Below, in pieces: positions 56,419 to 57,347 of a DNA stretch of 57,347 nt (position 1 is the first letter of the stretch; each line of letters begins with the position of its first letter). The notes under the pieces were generated by a model. The model was not told where the DNA came from. It made no database searches and saw nothing but the letters and a program-made list of their open reading frames with translations. The DNA lies in NCBI GenBank assembly GCA_045569115.1, contig JBJKZS010000104.1, positions 1-57,347 of the forward strand, given 5' to 3'. The stretch is from Fidelibacterota bacterium. Lineage in GTDB: Bacteria > Fidelibacterota > Marinisomatia > Marinisomatales > S15-B10. A program made the translations under genes and the position numbers.

Positions 56419-57347
56419 ATGAAATATCCCTTAATAATCTTATTTATATTTTTTCTTGCCTTTATTTCATCTATTCTAGCTGAAAAAGATAGGATGATTA
56501 TTTCTGGCGATATTTATTCTAATGATGGAAGAACCATTCCTTATGTGAATATATATACGGAACTTGGGGCAAGTTCAACATCAGATAGAGATGGACGGTT
56601 CATTCTATCAATCGATAACAATCAAACTAAAGAAATAATTTTTCAACACTCCGCTTTTGAATCCGATACTTTAGAGATTTCAACTTTGATGGAAGAAAAT
56701 GTAACAATTTCACTTCTACAAAAATCTTATCTCTTGTCTCCCATAATTATTTATGGGAACCTTTACGGAAAAGAAAGTCTACAATTGCCCGTAGAACATA
56801 GAGCTCTTGATTTTAATTTAATCTCTTCTAGTGGAGTCAGTCTTGGTGACAAAGTAGATCGTTTCGGTATTCAGGTTCGTGATTATGGTGGACCCGCGGG
56901 TTTAAAAACTGTTTCTTCTCCTACAGGATATTCAGAGCACATACTTATTACTTTTGATGGTCTTACTCTTAATTCACCTCAAAATGGTGTATTTGATATG
57001 AGCTCATTGCCAGCTGATTTTTTTTCTCATGGAGAATTTTACTCTGGTCAGGCTTCCTCTTTATATGGATCTCATGCATTAGGAGGAACATTGAATTTGA
57101 TGCCGGCCAAACCTAGAAGTTTCATAAAAATAAGATCGGGATCCCTAGGAGACCGTGGTGCCAGCGCAGAATATGCACTAGAATTAGGTGAAACTGATTT
57201 TTCTATTTATGGAAACAAATTCCAAAGTGATGGAAATTTTCGGCAAAACAATTCATTTTTTCAGGAATCAGGAGGAGCTAAACTTCAATTAAAAAATTTA
57301 GCGGGTTGGAAAATCTCTGGAATAATGATGTCAACTAAAGCTGAAAG
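56419..57347 (+). CDS. btuB: TonB-dependent outer-membrane receptor, probable cobalamin/corrinoid receptor (partial; 3' end beyond window)
   Basis: Hand-translated open frame running to the window end. Starts with signal peptide MKYPLIILFIFFLAFISSILA and a CarboxypepD_reg-like module (ISGDIYSNDGRTIPYVNIY..DRDGRFIL). The plug domain follows (..ILITFDGLTLNSPQNGVFDMSSLP..GQASSLYGSHALGGTLNL). A GGAGAGG sequence lies upstream of the ATG. Substrate is inferred from the riboswitch. Confidence 0.8.
   Translation, partial: MKYPLIILFIFFLAFISSILAEKDRMIISGDIYSNDGRTIPYVNIYTELGASSTSDRDGRFILSIDNNQTKEIIFQHSAFESDTLEISTLMEENVTISLLQKSYLLSPIIIYGNLYGKESLQLPVEHRALDFNLISSSGVSLGDKVDRFGIQVRDYGGPAGLKTVSSPTGYSEHILITFDGLTLNSPQNGVFDMSSLPADFFSHGEFYSGQASSLYGSHALGGTLNLMPAKPRSFIKIRSGSLGDRGASAEYALELGETDFSIYGNKFQSDGNFRQNNSFFQESGGAKLQLKNLAGWKISGIMMSTKAE

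Noticed and set aside
1-57347. Search for CRISPR arrays, tandem or direct repeats, IS elements, integrases, tRNA/rRNA genes, toxin-antitoxin pairs or defence islands.
   Set aside because: None were seen by eye in any intergenic gap. All gaps over 60 nt were read on both strands, and every large ORF has a plausible housekeeping, respiratory or envelope assignment. A systematic repeat or tRNA scan would still be needed to exclude small elements formally.

Overview
Low-G+C (about one-third G+C by eye) bacterial chromosomal window. It is almost fully coding, and about 50 of roughly 55 genes lie on the minus strand. No rRNA, tRNA, CRISPR array, transposase, integrase or prophage signature was seen, so this reads as core genome rather than an accessory island. 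Content in window order follows. (i) A frameshifted PduO-type cobalamin adenosyltransferase at the left edge. (ii) An NhaD-like Na+/H+ antiporter. (iii) A complete Na+-translocating NADH:quinone oxidoreductase operon, nqrABCDEF, plus a small nqrM gene missing from the ORF track that converges on nqrF. (iv) Directly upstream on the same strand, an NDH-1 operon in the order nuoA-C-D-H-I-J-K-L-M-N, with no nuoB and no nuoEFG. (v) A divergent CoA-binding protein and aromatic amino-acid decarboxylase pair. (vi) A housekeeping run: nadK, xseBA, an S1/P1-like nuclease, a 31-aa bS22-like basic peptide, HU, mltD-like, hldC, plsC and serS. (vii) A Wzx/Wzy-type surface polysaccharide locus of about 17.5 kb: ugd, rfbB, an RmlC-like cupin, wza, a wHTH-Wzz fusion, wzy, wzx, glycosyltransferases, an aminotransferase, an acetyltransferase, a WbaP-like priming transferase and a Wzi-like outer-membrane protein. 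(viii) A vWA membrane protein, then tsaD, a YbbR-like gene, rpsA, cmk, rluB-like, scpBA, trpS and an HNH protein. (ix) At the right edge, a cobalamin riboswitch in front of a partial TonB-dependent (BtuB-like) receptor. The CarboxypepD_reg-type TonB receptor, the bS22-like peptide and the EFG-less NDH-1 suggest a marine FCB-group lineage (Bacteroidota or Marinimicrobia-like), but that is inference only. I found no convincing novel multi-gene system. The most notable points are the nuoB-less nuo operon joined to nqr, the convergent unannotated nqrM, the wHTH-Wzz fusion, and the B12 theme (riboswitch-BtuB versus a broken adenosyltransferase).
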